Below, piece after piece: positions 1-12,250 of a DNA stretch of 64,000 bases. The notes beneath the pieces were generated by a model that had not been told where the DNA came from, ran no database searches, and worked only from the letters and a program-made list of their open reading frames with translations. The number at the start of each line of letters is the position of its first letter. Position 1 is the first letter of the stretch. The stretch lies in contig CM052816.1 in NCBI GenBank assembly GCA_028534125.1, positions 85,934,001 to 85,998,000 on the forward strand, given 5' to 3'. The translations under genes were made by a program, and so were the position numbers. This DNA comes from Lama glama (lineage: Eukaryota).

Positions 1-154
1 CAAGGGGACTTGAAGCTTCAAATCTAAGTAAAGCAATGAAATTTTTGTAGTTGGCACTGAGAGAGAGAAATAAGTTCTGAGAAAGTAAAAATTAGCACTA
101 CCTATAAAAGTGAATAAGATAAAAATATTTGAGGCATTTGATGCCTTGTATATT

Positions 155-220
155 GCATAGGTATTATTATCTCCAATTTAAAATTGAGGAGTATGAAGGT
201 CAACGAGTATCAGTAACTTT
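155..220 (-). mobile_element. MIR SINE fragment
   Basis: GTATTATTATCTCCAATTTAAAATTGAGGAG...AGTAACTT resembles the antisense MIR core; short and degenerate. Confidence 0.5.
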
Positions 221-480
221 ACTCATTCAAAATGTATTTATTAAGTTATAGTCTGTGCTAGACATTGCTCTGAAATAAGAATTGTAGAAGTGATAATATT
301 GACCCGTTGTAAATTCATGCAGCAGTATAAGCAGTCCCAAAAATATTTACTTAATTTAAATTGTGTAAAGTTCAAAAAAGACAAGTAGAAGGTGTTATGA
401 GAAATATGAACTAAGAGTTTGATCTTCTATAGATGTCAAGGAAAACATCTGTGTAGAATTGCAATTTAAGAGGTCACTTG
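221..480 (-). mobile_element. L2 LINE 3' fragment
   Basis: Starts ACTCATTCAAAATGTATTTATTAAG...TGTGCTAGACATTG, like the antisense L2 3' terminus. Confidence 0.55.
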
Positions 481-1739
481 GAAGTTTATATGTTTATATA
501 TATTTATTTAATTACATGCGTAAATATAAGTATGAGCAAGAGGAAAGAGGAGAAAGAGAAGGGAAGAGAGAAAGTAAAAGACTGAGAAAGAGTGAGACAC
601 AGAGAGTTTATACTACATCTCCATCTGTTTCTGACCCAGTGAAAATTGGATAGTGTAGGCAATTGAGAATAAGAACATAGTTCATATTTTATTGCTGCTG
701 AAGGCAGAATGGAGAAAATGGCTTGGAAAAGTAACGTGTACTTACTGTCTTTTCATCCTAGAATTGAATTTACTTAACAACCTAGTAGAAGTTGAAGAAA
801 AGAAATCACAGGTGAAAAGTTCTTATTGTATTTGTGAGAGTACTGTATCAGTATCCATGAACATGATGAGCAAATTAATCTATTAAAAAATTTACTTTTG
901 GAATTTATGAATACTAACTAATATGCTTTAAATATTAATATAATCATGTATGTTCCTCTTTTGTACCTATTCTACTTTATGCATTAGTATTTTCATTCTA
1001 CTTCAACATTCTACATTAACTGCTTCTACTTTATAATTACCCCAAACTAAAATCTCTATTCCAGCTACTCTTCTTTTCCTTGCATTGTTCAAATATCAGG
1101 TATTTTTCCTTCCCTTAATTGGATGATCCCCACAAGCTGGGAAGCAATGACCGTTTTAATTTCTCATATCCATCACCTTTCCTCTTTCTCTAGTTTTTCA
1201 CCCCTAAATTTGATAAATTCTTGTCACTATAATTAGCTCCAGCATACATATTTAGTGGCATTGTTGTCAGTGTTATTAACTTCATCACATATACTCAACA
1301 AAACACTAATTCTTCCCTCAACCTTACATTAAATTTGCATGTTCATTATGCTCACTTATGCATCTAATCTGTCTATGAAACATATATCTCAACAGCCTAA
1401 AATTTTTCTTAGAACAATATAGCTTCTCATAGCAAATGAATAGATGAATTCATCTCAGAAATTCATAATTTAATTGATTTATAGAAGAAGTAAGCATTAT
1501 AAATCACACAGTATATGCTAATATGTCTTAGGAAAGACACTGTATAAAAATGTTAGAAATAAAAGAGGCCAGAGAATTTTATGATCATCAAACTTTAAAG
1601 TGTGTAAGTGAAGTTGAGTATATAGGAAGATGTGTAGGCTTAAAAATGTATTAACTTATTCTGTGTCTCTGTATCCATATTTTATTGACATTAAGCTTAT
1701 TTTGTATGCTTTTCTCTTTTTAAAATAATTTAAAATAAC

Positions 1740-2640
1740 CATTCATTTATTCATTCATCCAACAAATACCTATTAAACAATTTACTTGTTCTAAGTTCTC
1801 TTGCATGTGTTGTAGAAAGGAATGAAACAGAACAAAAATTTACATTCTAATAGAAAGATATACAATATATACAAAGGTAAAAGTCATTGAATGTAGTGAA
1901 AGAGATGATGAGAAAATTAAGCAGGAAGAGTATGTGGTTGTGGCAGGTAATATTTTTCAAAGGTAGCTACAACTGTATCACTCATCCTACATACTGCTTT
2001 ACAACGTGATGTTACCACCTTGCCTTCAAAAGGTGGTGTCCATGCTGCATCCTCAGTGTCTTGGTGAGTGTGATACTAGTTTAACCACAATAATACAGTA
2101 GAAATGAAAATATGTGGTTTTGCAGTCAGATCCACAACAAAGATTTCACTATGTCCATCAGGACACTAGCTTTTGGATCTCTGTGCCTCTATATGAGAAG
2201 TCTAATTATCTGGCTGTCGCTATACTGTGAGCAAGTCCAGAGCATATGGGGAAATGATCTACAGGTCCTCTGATTGAAAATCCCATCTGAAGTCCCAACT
2301 GAAAGACACATATGTATCTATAGATACTTACAGGTGATTTCATTCCACAACCTGCAAACTGTGGATAAGCCAGTCTAGTCTTGCCCTGTCCACATTCCTG
2401 ACCCACAGAACCTGTGAGCTTAATAAATGGTGATTTTATGCCACTATGCTTTGGGATGATCTGTTACAGTAATAACTATAAAGTGGGATCTTACATTTTA
2501 GACAGGATGACTAGAGAGAAGTGTTGTTTATGTTGTGTTTGCCTATTAGGTAACCAAGTGGAGTTATTAGCAGAGGAGAGATGATGTAAGTCTGAAGTTT
2601 GGGAGAAGGTCCAGGCTCAAGAGAAGCCGTTAGTGGCTCT
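1740..2640 (-). mobile_element. L2 LINE 3' fragment, interrupted by the MLT1 LTR at 1939-2482
   Basis: ATTCATTTATTCATTCATCCAACAAATACCTATT is a typical antisense L2 tail. L2-like purine-rich sequence resumes after 2482. Confidence 0.6.
1939..2482 (+). mobile_element. MaLR solo LTR (MLT1G/H-like)
   Basis: Starts TGTGGCAGG. It carries the MLT1 3' motif ATTCCTGACCCACAGAACCTGTGAG...TAATAAATGG...GCCACTA. The 5-bp flanks GTGGT/GTGGG fit a decayed TSD. Confidence 0.8.
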
Positions 2641-3012
2641 CCTTTGGGAAATATGCATGAAAGCTCAGTGTTCTACAAGGCCTCTTACTTATCTTAGTGC
2701 CACTATATACATTCAAAAAGAAAATATGTTTTCCAGCTTCCAGAGTCTTTTTCTAATTGTATCATGGGTTGCTAGGTTGGATGTTTAAAAATTTTCAGTA
2801 TGTATTCTGCATATGTTTAAGATGTGCATGTTTTATAACTGTATTTTTAATTTAAGTTTCAATGTGAGTTATTAGAGCAGTCTACTCCTCTGTTCTTTTC
2901 ATTTCCTTAAAACTCATTAGCTATCTCTTCTATTTGATGAACAGATAAATATATTGACCTAAACTATCAAATTTGATTAATTTAATTTGCTTGATTCTAA
3001 AATATGTAATAA

Positions 3013-3158
3013 GAAAAAGAATATGAAAATAAATACATGTATATTCATGTATGACTGAAAAATTTTGCTGTACACCAGAAATTGACAGACTATTGTAAAC
3101 TGACTATAACTCAATAAAAAATATTGATTCATAATAACACAACTTGAAAATAAATAAA
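3013..3158 (+). mobile_element. 5'-truncated artiodactyl/camelid-type L1 3' end with TSD
   Basis: GCTGTACACCAGAAATTGAC...TTGTAAACTGACTATAACTCAATAAAAAA is an L1 3' terminus. Flanks are TAAAATATGTAATAA (2998-3012) and TAAAATGTGTAATAA (3159-3173), 14/15 identical. Confidence 0.85.
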
Positions 3159-3574
3159 TAAAATGTGTAATAAAAATGCATAACTAATTTACATTAAAAT
3201 GCATGCTTTAAAATTATATTTATACATTAATTCAAAGAATATTTCTGAATTCATAGAAAGATAAAATATTTTAAAATGTTTGATGACATCAATAATATAT
3301 AATCATGGTACAATATTTGGTTTGTCTTTTTATATGGAAATTTTAGAGGTGTTCTTTTAAAAAATGTACCTTAAAATCATGAAGGTAAAAGCAATTTTTC
3401 CATGTGAAAATCAACAAGAAGATAATTAAGAAATGGTCATCCACCCTGTGAGACTTTGTAACTAGAGTTAATGAATGGAGAAAAAGAGTGGATAATTTTT
3501 TTTTATTTTCCTCTCCTGTACTTTGCATGTTCTCTGCATTATATAATCTATGCTTAAAATTTCTTTCGTTTTTT

Positions 3575-3660
3575 TAACTTTCTTTATTTGTATTTTTTGT
3601 TTGAGGTATAATTGACGTATGACATTACATTAGTTTTAAGTGTACAGTGTAATGATTCAA
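3575..3660 (-). mobile_element. Short L1 3' end
   Basis: T-rich tail followed by TTGAGGTATAATTGAC...ATTAGTTTTAAGTGTACAG...TGATTCA, the antisense L1 3' terminus. Confidence 0.65.
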
Positions 3661-3874
3661 TTTCATGAGATATTTTTGATGTCTGTCATAATATAACTCG
3701 GGAGAGTATCTTCCATACATTGGCATAATCATATATATTGATATTTTCTATTTAGAACAAAATGTTTTCTAAAGGAAGAAACATTTAAGATGAATTACTT
3801 GTTACAAATTGCCTTGGCAGCACACTTATGGATTATATGATTTCCATTTCATAGATGGCTCTAAAAAATATTTG

Positions 3875-4395
3875 GCCTACATCATTTAATTATCATTGTG
3901 TAAAAAAGCCACTCCGAAGTCTTGTAGATTAAAATCGAACACTATTTATTGTAATCTGAGTTGCCCATTGCTTACCATAACTTGGCTGATTTAGTTTATA
4001 CTCAACTTATGTTGGATGGGCTAGCTCAGGTATCAGTGGCTGACTGGGTCTGAAAGTTGGTCAGGGCTCTATTCTCAGCTGGTCTTGCCTAGGACACCTC
4101 AGTTGATACTTCTCTTCCTCAGGTGTGATTCACCTTCTTTTCAGGACCATCACACTAGCCCATGCATGTTCTTATCATGGGGAAATAAGAAGTTCATGAG
4201 CTAGTGAGTCTAATCTTGCAAATGCTTTCAATACACTGCAGTTGTTGAGTCATATTGACCTAAGCAATTCACAAATTAAGTCCAGGGACAGAGAATTAAA
4301 CTTTGCCCACCGTGGGAGAGCATTGAGAACTTAAACAGAAAAAAAGCATGGATAGAGGAAGTGGTGAAGAAATTGGGACATTAAGGCAGCCTAAA
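3875..4395 (-). mobile_element. Old MaLR LTR (MLT1J/K-like)
   Basis: Antisense MLT1 pattern ATTGTGTAAAAAAGCCACTCCGAAG...TATTTATT, then ...GCATGGATAGAGGAAGTGGTGAAGAAATTGGG near the other end. Confidence 0.6.
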
Positions 4396-5519
4396 CGAAA
4401 TCTATAAATAATGCCAATTAAGTCTTCCAAGTTCATTCTGTCCTTTATGGTCCCCATCTGCTTTGATTTTCAGTGTCATATGTATATTTTTTCTTCCTAT
4501 ATATATTACTAAAAATAGACTTGAATATTAAAGTATACATGAGTCACAGAAAATTCACATAATGCTTCCCATGGAGTGAATTCCATTTTAATAGTTAAAA
4601 GTTTATTTAAATGTATGAAAGTAAATGTTCAGAAATCAGTTAGTGAGTTATGAAGGGTTTGGAAATTACTATAGTCTTATTAACCACTCCTCATTCCCCT
4701 TTGTTGTGAATAAATTATGTCTTACTTGTAAACAGCCACAAATAATATCTTGCAGTCAGCTTTTTGGTCCTGTTTATTAAGCAAATAATGATGAAAACAA
4801 ACATATACAAAGTAGACATTATTCCAATTACCATGTTTTTGTAACAGTAAAAATGTACTAAATTACTAAAGCAAATGAATATTTTAGTACTATTTACATT
4901 TTCATTTAATAGTTTATAAGTCAAAGGAAACAGATTAGTTAAAAAAATTTTAATCTGTAAAGTTTATGTGGCACAACAAATTGAATCATTAAAAAAATTC
5001 TAAGACTGCCCATCTTTGATATAATTTTCTGCATACCAAGTGACTAAAAATTTGAATAATTATGTTACTCTCTAATTAGCATAATAATATTATTATTTCT
5101 AGATGTCAGATTTACATACTTGAATAATGTATTTTCCATTTTTAGTGGATTATATGTCATTTTAAAGTTTTTTTCTCAACAATAACAAAATATGATAGAT
5201 TTATACTACCTTATACTATTTACTAGATGTCTCTGAGGCATAGTTTAGAGATGCACTGTGTGCAATAGATGTATAAATGATTTGTTTACATTACTCTATA
5301 TAAATGATTTGTTTGCTTAATGTCTTGGAAATTATTTGATGTATTATGGTTGCTGATCCTCTTGTCATTGGAGTACTATAATAAACAAGATCTGTATCTA
5401 ATTTGGTCTTCTATTAGCTTGTCTGAACCAAATGAAGGTGTTTTTATCTCCATTAAAAATTTTTGTATTAATGGCACTTTTATCAATTCCGTATTAATAT
5501 ATCACGTTTGTAATGTTTC

Positions 5520-6078
5520 TGTTACCCAAAAGGAAAAGAAAAGACCCCAGTCCTTATCTTACCCGAAAGATATGATTACAGAGGGGAGACAGAGTGCACT
5601 GTGTAGCAAAAGATTTTAAAGGATTTATTTAGGAAAAGAAAAGCACATCTCCAAGAATAGGAGGCAGGCTGATCCAAGGGGGAATCGCAGTGGCCTTTGC
5701 CCTTTCTCTATACCCTCCCTTAGAGATGGGCTTTTGACTGACTGACAGACCTTGTCCCTAGAGTGCTTAGTCGTATTTGGCCCCTTTGTGCATGTCTTAC
5801 CCGTGGTGTATACAGAAAAACCCATGGGGGAGGGTGGTGGGGACTAAACCACAATATTAATTATATTACAGTGAGCCCTAGATACTATCCAGCCAAGTCC
5901 ATCTTGTTGCTGAGCAGTTGTGGCTGTAGGGTTTTAACTTGTTTTTCTTTTTTTCTTTTTTGCTGGCACTCATTTAGAAGAAGTAAAGTCTCTTTATGTT
6001 GGAGGAAGGCATAACACCATCTTCAGGACCATCCTCCATCTCCTCTATCTATCTGCCCAGTGCCTCCACTACCTATCA
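5520..6078 (-). mobile_element. ERV1-type solo LTR (559 bp), related to 36882-37531
   Basis: TG...CA termini (TGTTACC / CCTATCA). Minus-strand AATAAA at 5624-5629 and a TATA-like box near 5705-5712. Flanks GTTTC/TTTTC. GC-richer than its surroundings and shares blocks with the 36882 LTR. Confidence 0.8.
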
Positions 6079-6586
6079 TTTTCATTTTCTTCATTATTAT
6101 TTTTTAAAAATTATGAAATATTTCAAACAAGAAAAATTAGAATATAATATAAGAATATCTATGCATACTCTACCAAAATGTAATAAAAGGTAGTAGCATT
6201 TTGCCACATTTGCATCTGAGCCATTATTTGAAAAACTTAAACACAAATGACATGATGCTTTCTTTGATCTCTCAGTGATCCTTCATTGAGTATCCTGATG
6301 TCAGTGTTTATACCATGGATTGATATTATATTTTTACTTTATGTATATAATATTTGGCTACTTTCATGTACAGTTATAAAAGCACCTATACATGTAATTT
6401 TTGTAATTTATTGAGTTTGTTCATAACTTTGTGTTCCAGGTTGACCCATGTTTATACATTTTTTTTAAATTTTGTTTAATGAATAACCCATTTATTTCAT
6501 TTTCCAGTTCACATGAGCCATGTCTTTTACAACATATATCTAGAATGAATTTGTTGAGTCTTACGAGATCATTCATATTCACTAGC

Positions 6587-7050
6587 TATACTAGTAATCA
6601 ATCACTGTGTTACACATTTCTCCAAAATATAGCTACTTGAAGGAATAAAGATTTATTTTTTCACCATTTCTGTGGGTGAGGAATCCAGGCATGGGTCCTT
6701 AGTTCTCTTAGATCTCTCACAAAGCAGCAGTCATCTCAAATTGCCACTTATGGTGGATTTGCTTTCAATCTAGTTCATTTAGTTGTTGGCAGGATTCAAT
6801 ACCTCACATGTTAAACTAGCCCAGATTCATCACTAGCTATTGACAGAAATCCAACCTCAGTTCTGAGAATTTCACAGTATGTCAACTGACTTCATCAAAC
6901 TGAGCGAGGGAGAGTTCTTAATCTCTATAATCTAATCTCAGAAGTGACATCCTACCACTTTTGTCATTCCATATGTTAGAAGCAAGTGACCATATTCGGG
7001 GAAAAGGGATTACACAAAGGAATGAATATCAAGGGATGATACCTACCACA
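6587..7050 (-). mobile_element. MaLR solo LTR (MLT1E/F-like)
   Basis: Ends CCTACCACA (reverse complement TGTGGTAGG). Contains TTCTGTGGGTGAGGAATCCAGGCATGG and CTCAGAAGTGACATCCTACCACTT. The 5-bp flanks are CTAGC/CTGGC. Confidence 0.8.
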
Positions 7051-7093
7051 CTGGCTATTAGCAAAGTATTTTCAAACTGATTACTCCAAATTT

Positions 7094-9633
7094 TTAAACA
7101 TACATTTTCTAAGTTTAGATGTGCAATGTATTGATTTGATAAATTTATATATTTCAATTACCACCTTATTAGCCAACATTTCTTTCATAACACATAATTA
7201 TCATTTCTTTTTTGTGGTGGGAATAATTAAGATCCAGTCTCTTAAATTTGAAGATTATAAAACAGTAATCTCAACTATAATACTATGCTCTGCATTAGAT
7301 ATCCAGAACTTATTTATCTATTACTTATAAGCTGATACCCTTAAATATTTCCCCAATTTCTTCAACCTCCAGCTCCTGGTAACCACCATTCTACTCCCCA
7401 TTTTTATAAGTTCAACTTTTTTTAGATTCCACTTAAAAGTGATATCAGATAGTATTTGTCTTCCTCTGTCTGACACATCTCATTTCATGGCCTCAGTGGC
7501 CATCCACGTTGTCATAAATGGCATGATTTCCTTCCTTCTCATGGCTCAATAATATCTCAAATATATATGCATGTGTCTGTACATCTTCATTATCCATCCT
7601 TCTATTGAAGGACACACACTCAGATTCTGTCCATATCATGAACTATTGTGAAAAATGGAAAAAATGCTTCAATAAACATGGGAGGGGAATTGTCTCTTAG
7701 AGACCCTAATTTCATTTCTGTTGGATATATAACCAGAAGTGGGATTGCTGGATCATATGATAGGTCTGTTTATAATTTTCTGAGGAAATTGTCACACTGT
7801 TTTTCATAGTGACTGAACCAGTTTATATTTCCACTAACAGTGCACAAATGTTCCTTTTTCTCCACATCCTTGCCAGTACTTCTTATTTCTTCTTTCTTTG
7901 ATTATAACCATTCAAACAGGTGTGAAGTGATATCTCACTGTGGTTTAATTTGCATTTTACTGATAATTAGTAATATTGAGCATCTTTCCCTATACCTGTT
8001 GGTCATTTGGATGTCTTCTTTGGAAAAATGTCCATTCACTTCGTAGGTCCGTTTTTAATCAGATTTTTTTTTTTTTTTTGCTTTTGAGTTGTATGAGTTT
8101 CATTTTAGTTTGGATATTAATACCTTTTCCAATAAATGATTTGCAAATATTTTCTTCCATTACATAGGTTGCCTTTTCATTTTGATGATTGTCTTTTGCT
8201 GTGCAGAGACTTTTAAGTTTGATGTAGCCTCTCGTATTTGTTACTTTAATTATTTGTGCTTTTGCTGTTGTATCAAAAAAACTACTGCCCAAATCAATGT
8301 CAATTTTCTTCCCTATATTTTTTCATAGGAGTTTTACAGTATCTAATTTTATGTTTAAGTTTTTCATCAATGTTGAGTTAATTTTTGTGAGTGGTGTAAG
8401 ATATTGGCCTAATTTTATTTTTTTGCATATGGTTATCCAGTCTTCATCACATCATTTGTTAAAGAGACTATCCTTTACCCATTAAGTGTTCTTGGTGCCA
8501 TTATCAAATATGTATGCAGGAGTTTATTTTTGGGTTCTCAATTCTGTTCCATGGTCTATGTTACTGTTTTTATGCCAGTACTATACTGTTTTGCTTGCTG
8601 TAGCTTTACAATGTACTTTGAAACCTGGAAGTTTGATGCCTCCTACTTTGTTCCACTTTCTAAGGATTGCTTTGTTTATTCAGGGCATTTTTTGGTTCCA
8701 TACAATCTTACAACTGTTATTTCTATTTCTGTGAATAATTTCATTGAACTTTGATAGGGATTGCCCTTGATCTTAGCTGATCTTGAGTAGTATGGATATT
8801 TAGCAATATTATAAATTCTTCTGTTCATAAACATGAGCTATCTTTCCATTTATTTGAATCTATTTCAGTTTCTTTCACCAAAGTTGTATTTTTCATTGTA
8901 CAGGTCTTTCACATCATTGGATAAATTTATCTCTAAGGGTTTTATTGTTTTTGATGCTATTGTGAATGGTTAGTTTTCTATATGTTTTAGATATTCTGTT
9001 GTTATTGTGTAGAAATTCAACTGATTCCTGTATGTTGATTTTTTTTCCCCTAAAACTTTACTGAATTTATTGATTAGTTAGTTCCAACATTTTTTTTTTT
9101 GGTTCAGTCTTTAGGACTTTCTTCATATAAGATTATATCATCAGCAAGTAACAATTTACTTGTTCTTTTTAGAGGTCTCTTATCTTTTTCTTGCCTAATT
9201 GCTGTAGCTAGGACTTCCATCACTATGAATAAGAGTGGCAAAAGTAGGCACCTTTTTATTTTTCTTGATCTTAGAGGAAAATTCTTTAATCTTTAACTGT
9301 AGGTTATGAAGACAGTTGTGAGTTTGTTGTATATGGCCTTTATTATGTTGAGTTTTGTTTCTTCTGTACAAATCTGTTGAGGATTTTTATCATAAAAAAT
9401 GTTATTTTGTAAAATGCTTTTTCTTCATCTATTGATTGAGATGGTCATATGATTTTTATCTTGTATTCTATTAATACGGTATGTCACATTTATTGATTAG
9501 TGTATATTGAACCAACCTTGTATCTCAGGGATAAACCTCACTGGGTCATGGTATATGACCCTTTTAATGTACTGATAAGCTAAGTTTGTTAATATTTTCT
9601 TGAGAGTTAGTACATTTTTGTCATCCGGGATAT
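7094..9633 (-). mobile_element. L1MA-type LINE-1: 3' UTR and ORF2 RT to C-terminal region (non-inverted part of a 5'-inverted insertion)
   Basis: L1MA8/9-like 3' UTR. Minus-strand peptides GYIKLKSLCTAK (ORF 8059-8292) and [21 protein letters not shown] (ORF 9497-9682) match L1 ORF2p motifs. Many stops and frameshifts. Confidence 0.92.
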
Positions 9634-10605
9634 GATAGTCTACGAAAAAATATCTTATCAAATGTAGAAAAACTGAAATCATACCAAGTATTTACAACCA
9701 CAGTGGTTAAAAAAACAAACAAACAAAAAAACCCGTAGGAATTAACAAGTAAAATGCTGGAAAATTTACAAAGATGTGGAAACTAGACAACACACTCCTG
9801 ATGGACACATGGGTCAAAGAACAAATCAAAAGGAAGTAAAAAAAATCTCAAAATAAATGAAAATGAGATACAACATACCCAAAACTATGGGATGCTGCAA
9901 AAGCAGCTCTGAGAGGGAATTTTATAGTAATAAATGCATATGTTAAGAAATTAGAAAATATCATATAAACAACCTAACTTTACACCCAAAGAAACTAGAA
10001 AAAGGAAAACCAACTAAACCCAAAGTTGGCAAAAAGAAGGAAATAATAAAGATCAGAGAAGAAATAAGTGAAACTGGGACCAGAAAAAACAGTAGAAAAA
10101 AAGAATCAATGAAACTAAGAGCTGATTTCTTGAAAAGATAAAACATTAAGTAGAAAAACTAAGAAAAATAGAAAACTGTAATAAGTAAAATTAGAAATGA
10201 AAGAGAAGATATTACAACTGAAAGTACAGGAATACAGAGGATTATAAGAGACTACTATGAACAATTATACATGGAACAAGCTAGAAGAAATAGACAACTT
10301 CTTAGAAACATATAACCGACCAAGACTAAATCAAGAAGAAATAGAAAATCTGAACAGACAAATAACAAATAAGGAGATTGAATCAATAACAAAAAATTCC
10401 CAACACAGAAAAAAACCCAGGATTAGATGACTTCACTGGTGAATTCTAGCAAACATTTAAAGAATTAATGCCGCTACATCTCAACTCTTCTGGAAAACTG
10501 AAGAGCATGAAATATTTCCAAACCCATTCTATGAGTCCAGCATTATCCTGACACTAAAGCCAGATAAGGACACTACAGGGAAAGAAAACTATAGCTCAAG
10601 AACCG
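9634..10605 (+). mobile_element. L1 ORF2 endonuclease-end/linker segment (inverted 5' part of the same insertion)
   Basis: Sense A-rich ORF2 sequence (GAAATCATACCAAGT, CTATGGGATGCTGCAAAAGCAG, TTCACTGGTGAATTCTA, AAAGAAAACTATAG). It ends where the minus-strand piece begins in L1 coordinates. Confidence 0.92.
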
Positions 10606-10885
10606 TGATTGCTCCAAATTTAACCTAATTAAAACACCATATGAAAATTCACTTTCCCCCCATTTCTTGTCAACTCAGCACAGATTTATAATTTAATGGA
10701 TTATTAGGTATTTTAATGTTTATTTTACATACATTAATTATCAGTATAATTTATTGTTTCATATGCTTATTCACCTTCTTCAATCCCTTTTGCTGTGAAT
10801 TATCAGTTTTACATTTAAAACTTGGTTTATTTGTACTTCTTATCTGCTTAGTTTTTCTATACTATCCAAATACTAATCATTTTTG

Positions 10886-11915
10886 TTTGTTTTTTAAAAC
10901 CTTTATTGAGGTATAATTAATATAAAAGAAATGCACATATTTAATGTGTATGATTTGATGAGTTTAGACATTTGCAAACAACCATGATGCCATCACCACA
11001 ATCAAGGTAATAAATGTATTTATCACCTCCAGAAGTTTTCCTATGTTCCTTTTTTGTTCTTTTTCTGTGTCCTAGTAGCACTTAATGTGAGATCTGCCCT
11101 CTTAACAAATATGGAAGTGCACAATACCACATTGTTAACTATAGGCGTTATGTTGTCAGCAAATATCTGGAATTTATTTATCTAGAATAACTGAAACTTT
11201 ATACTCATTGAATAACAACTCCCATTTTTCTCACCCCCTCCAAGCCCCTGGTCACCAGTATTGTATTGTTTTCCTTTATAAGTTTGACTATTTTAGATAC
11301 CTCATAAAAGTGAAATCATGCAGTACTTGTCCTTCTATGAATGGCTTATTTCATTTAGCGTAAAATGTCCTCCAGGTTCATCCCTGTCACCACAAATAGG
11401 ATTTCTTTCTTTCCCATGGCTGAATGGTATTCCATTGTAGGTATATATCACAATTTCCTTCTTTATATATCTGTTAATGGACACTTGATTTGTTTTTGTA
11501 TCTTGGCTATTATGAATAATGCTACAAAAAACATGTGAGTTCATATATCTTCAAGATCTTGATTTCAGTTCTTTTGAATATTTACTGAGAAGTGGGATTG
11601 CTGGATCATATGATAGTTCTATTTTCAAATTTTTGAGGACTCTCAATGTTGTTTTCCATTTTATGTCTCCACTAACAATGCACAAGGGTTCCTTTTTTCT
11701 CTACAGTCTTGCCAACACTTGCATTATCATTGTTATTATTTTTGGTAAGAGCAATCCTAACAGGCATGAGATAATGTTTCATTATGGTTTTGATATTAAT
11801 ATCCTTGACAATTAGTGATGTTAAACATCTTTTCATATTTTCATACACCTGCTGGCCATTTGCACATCTTCTTTGGGGAAATATCTCTTCCAGAGTCCGT
11901 TGCTCAATTGTTTTA
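10886..11915 (-). mobile_element. L1MA9/10-like 3' end (about 1 kb, 5'-truncated)
   Basis: CTTTATTGAGGTATAATT terminus, CATCACCACAATCAAGGTAATAA, and AGAAGTGGGATTGCTGGATCATATG near the end of ORF2. Confidence 0.88.
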
Positions 11916-12250
11916 TTGTGTAATAGTACATTTAATTAAGCTTTAAATAAAATGTAAATTTGCTAAACTATGTTAAAGTGTTTCTCATGTTCAAGTTTAA
12001 AATGTATTTTCAAAACTACTACATTTGGTGGATGAAAATGCCTATATTTCCTAATTGATCTCTTTAAGGCTAAACAGTTTTTTTTTGCTTGGTGAATATA
12101 CTAAATAACAAAATCAATTTCTCAATGAATCTCTGAAAAAATATGCACAACTAAGAATTAATATTTAAGTAAAGCATTTATTAATCACCCCCCACAATAA
12201 GTAGTTATTTATAGAGCAAAAGGTATTTAACCTTCAATTTGCAAATAAGA

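Larger units (their letters stand above)
6085..10885 (-). mobile_element. Ancient L1ME-like 3' region in pieces (about 6085-6586, 7051-7093, 10606-10885), host to nested insertions
   Basis: Removing the MLT1 and L1MA inserts gives collinear antisense L1M sequence (...TTTTCAAACTGATTACTCCAAATTT...CCCATTTCTTGTCAAC...TTTCATATGCTTATT...ATACTAATC). Confidence 0.6.

Noticed and set aside
8059..10146. ORFs with protein-like motifs (8059-8292, 9497-9682) and hydrophobic ORFs nearby
   Set aside because: These are broken L1 ORF2p fragments or antisense translations of A-rich L1, not host genes.
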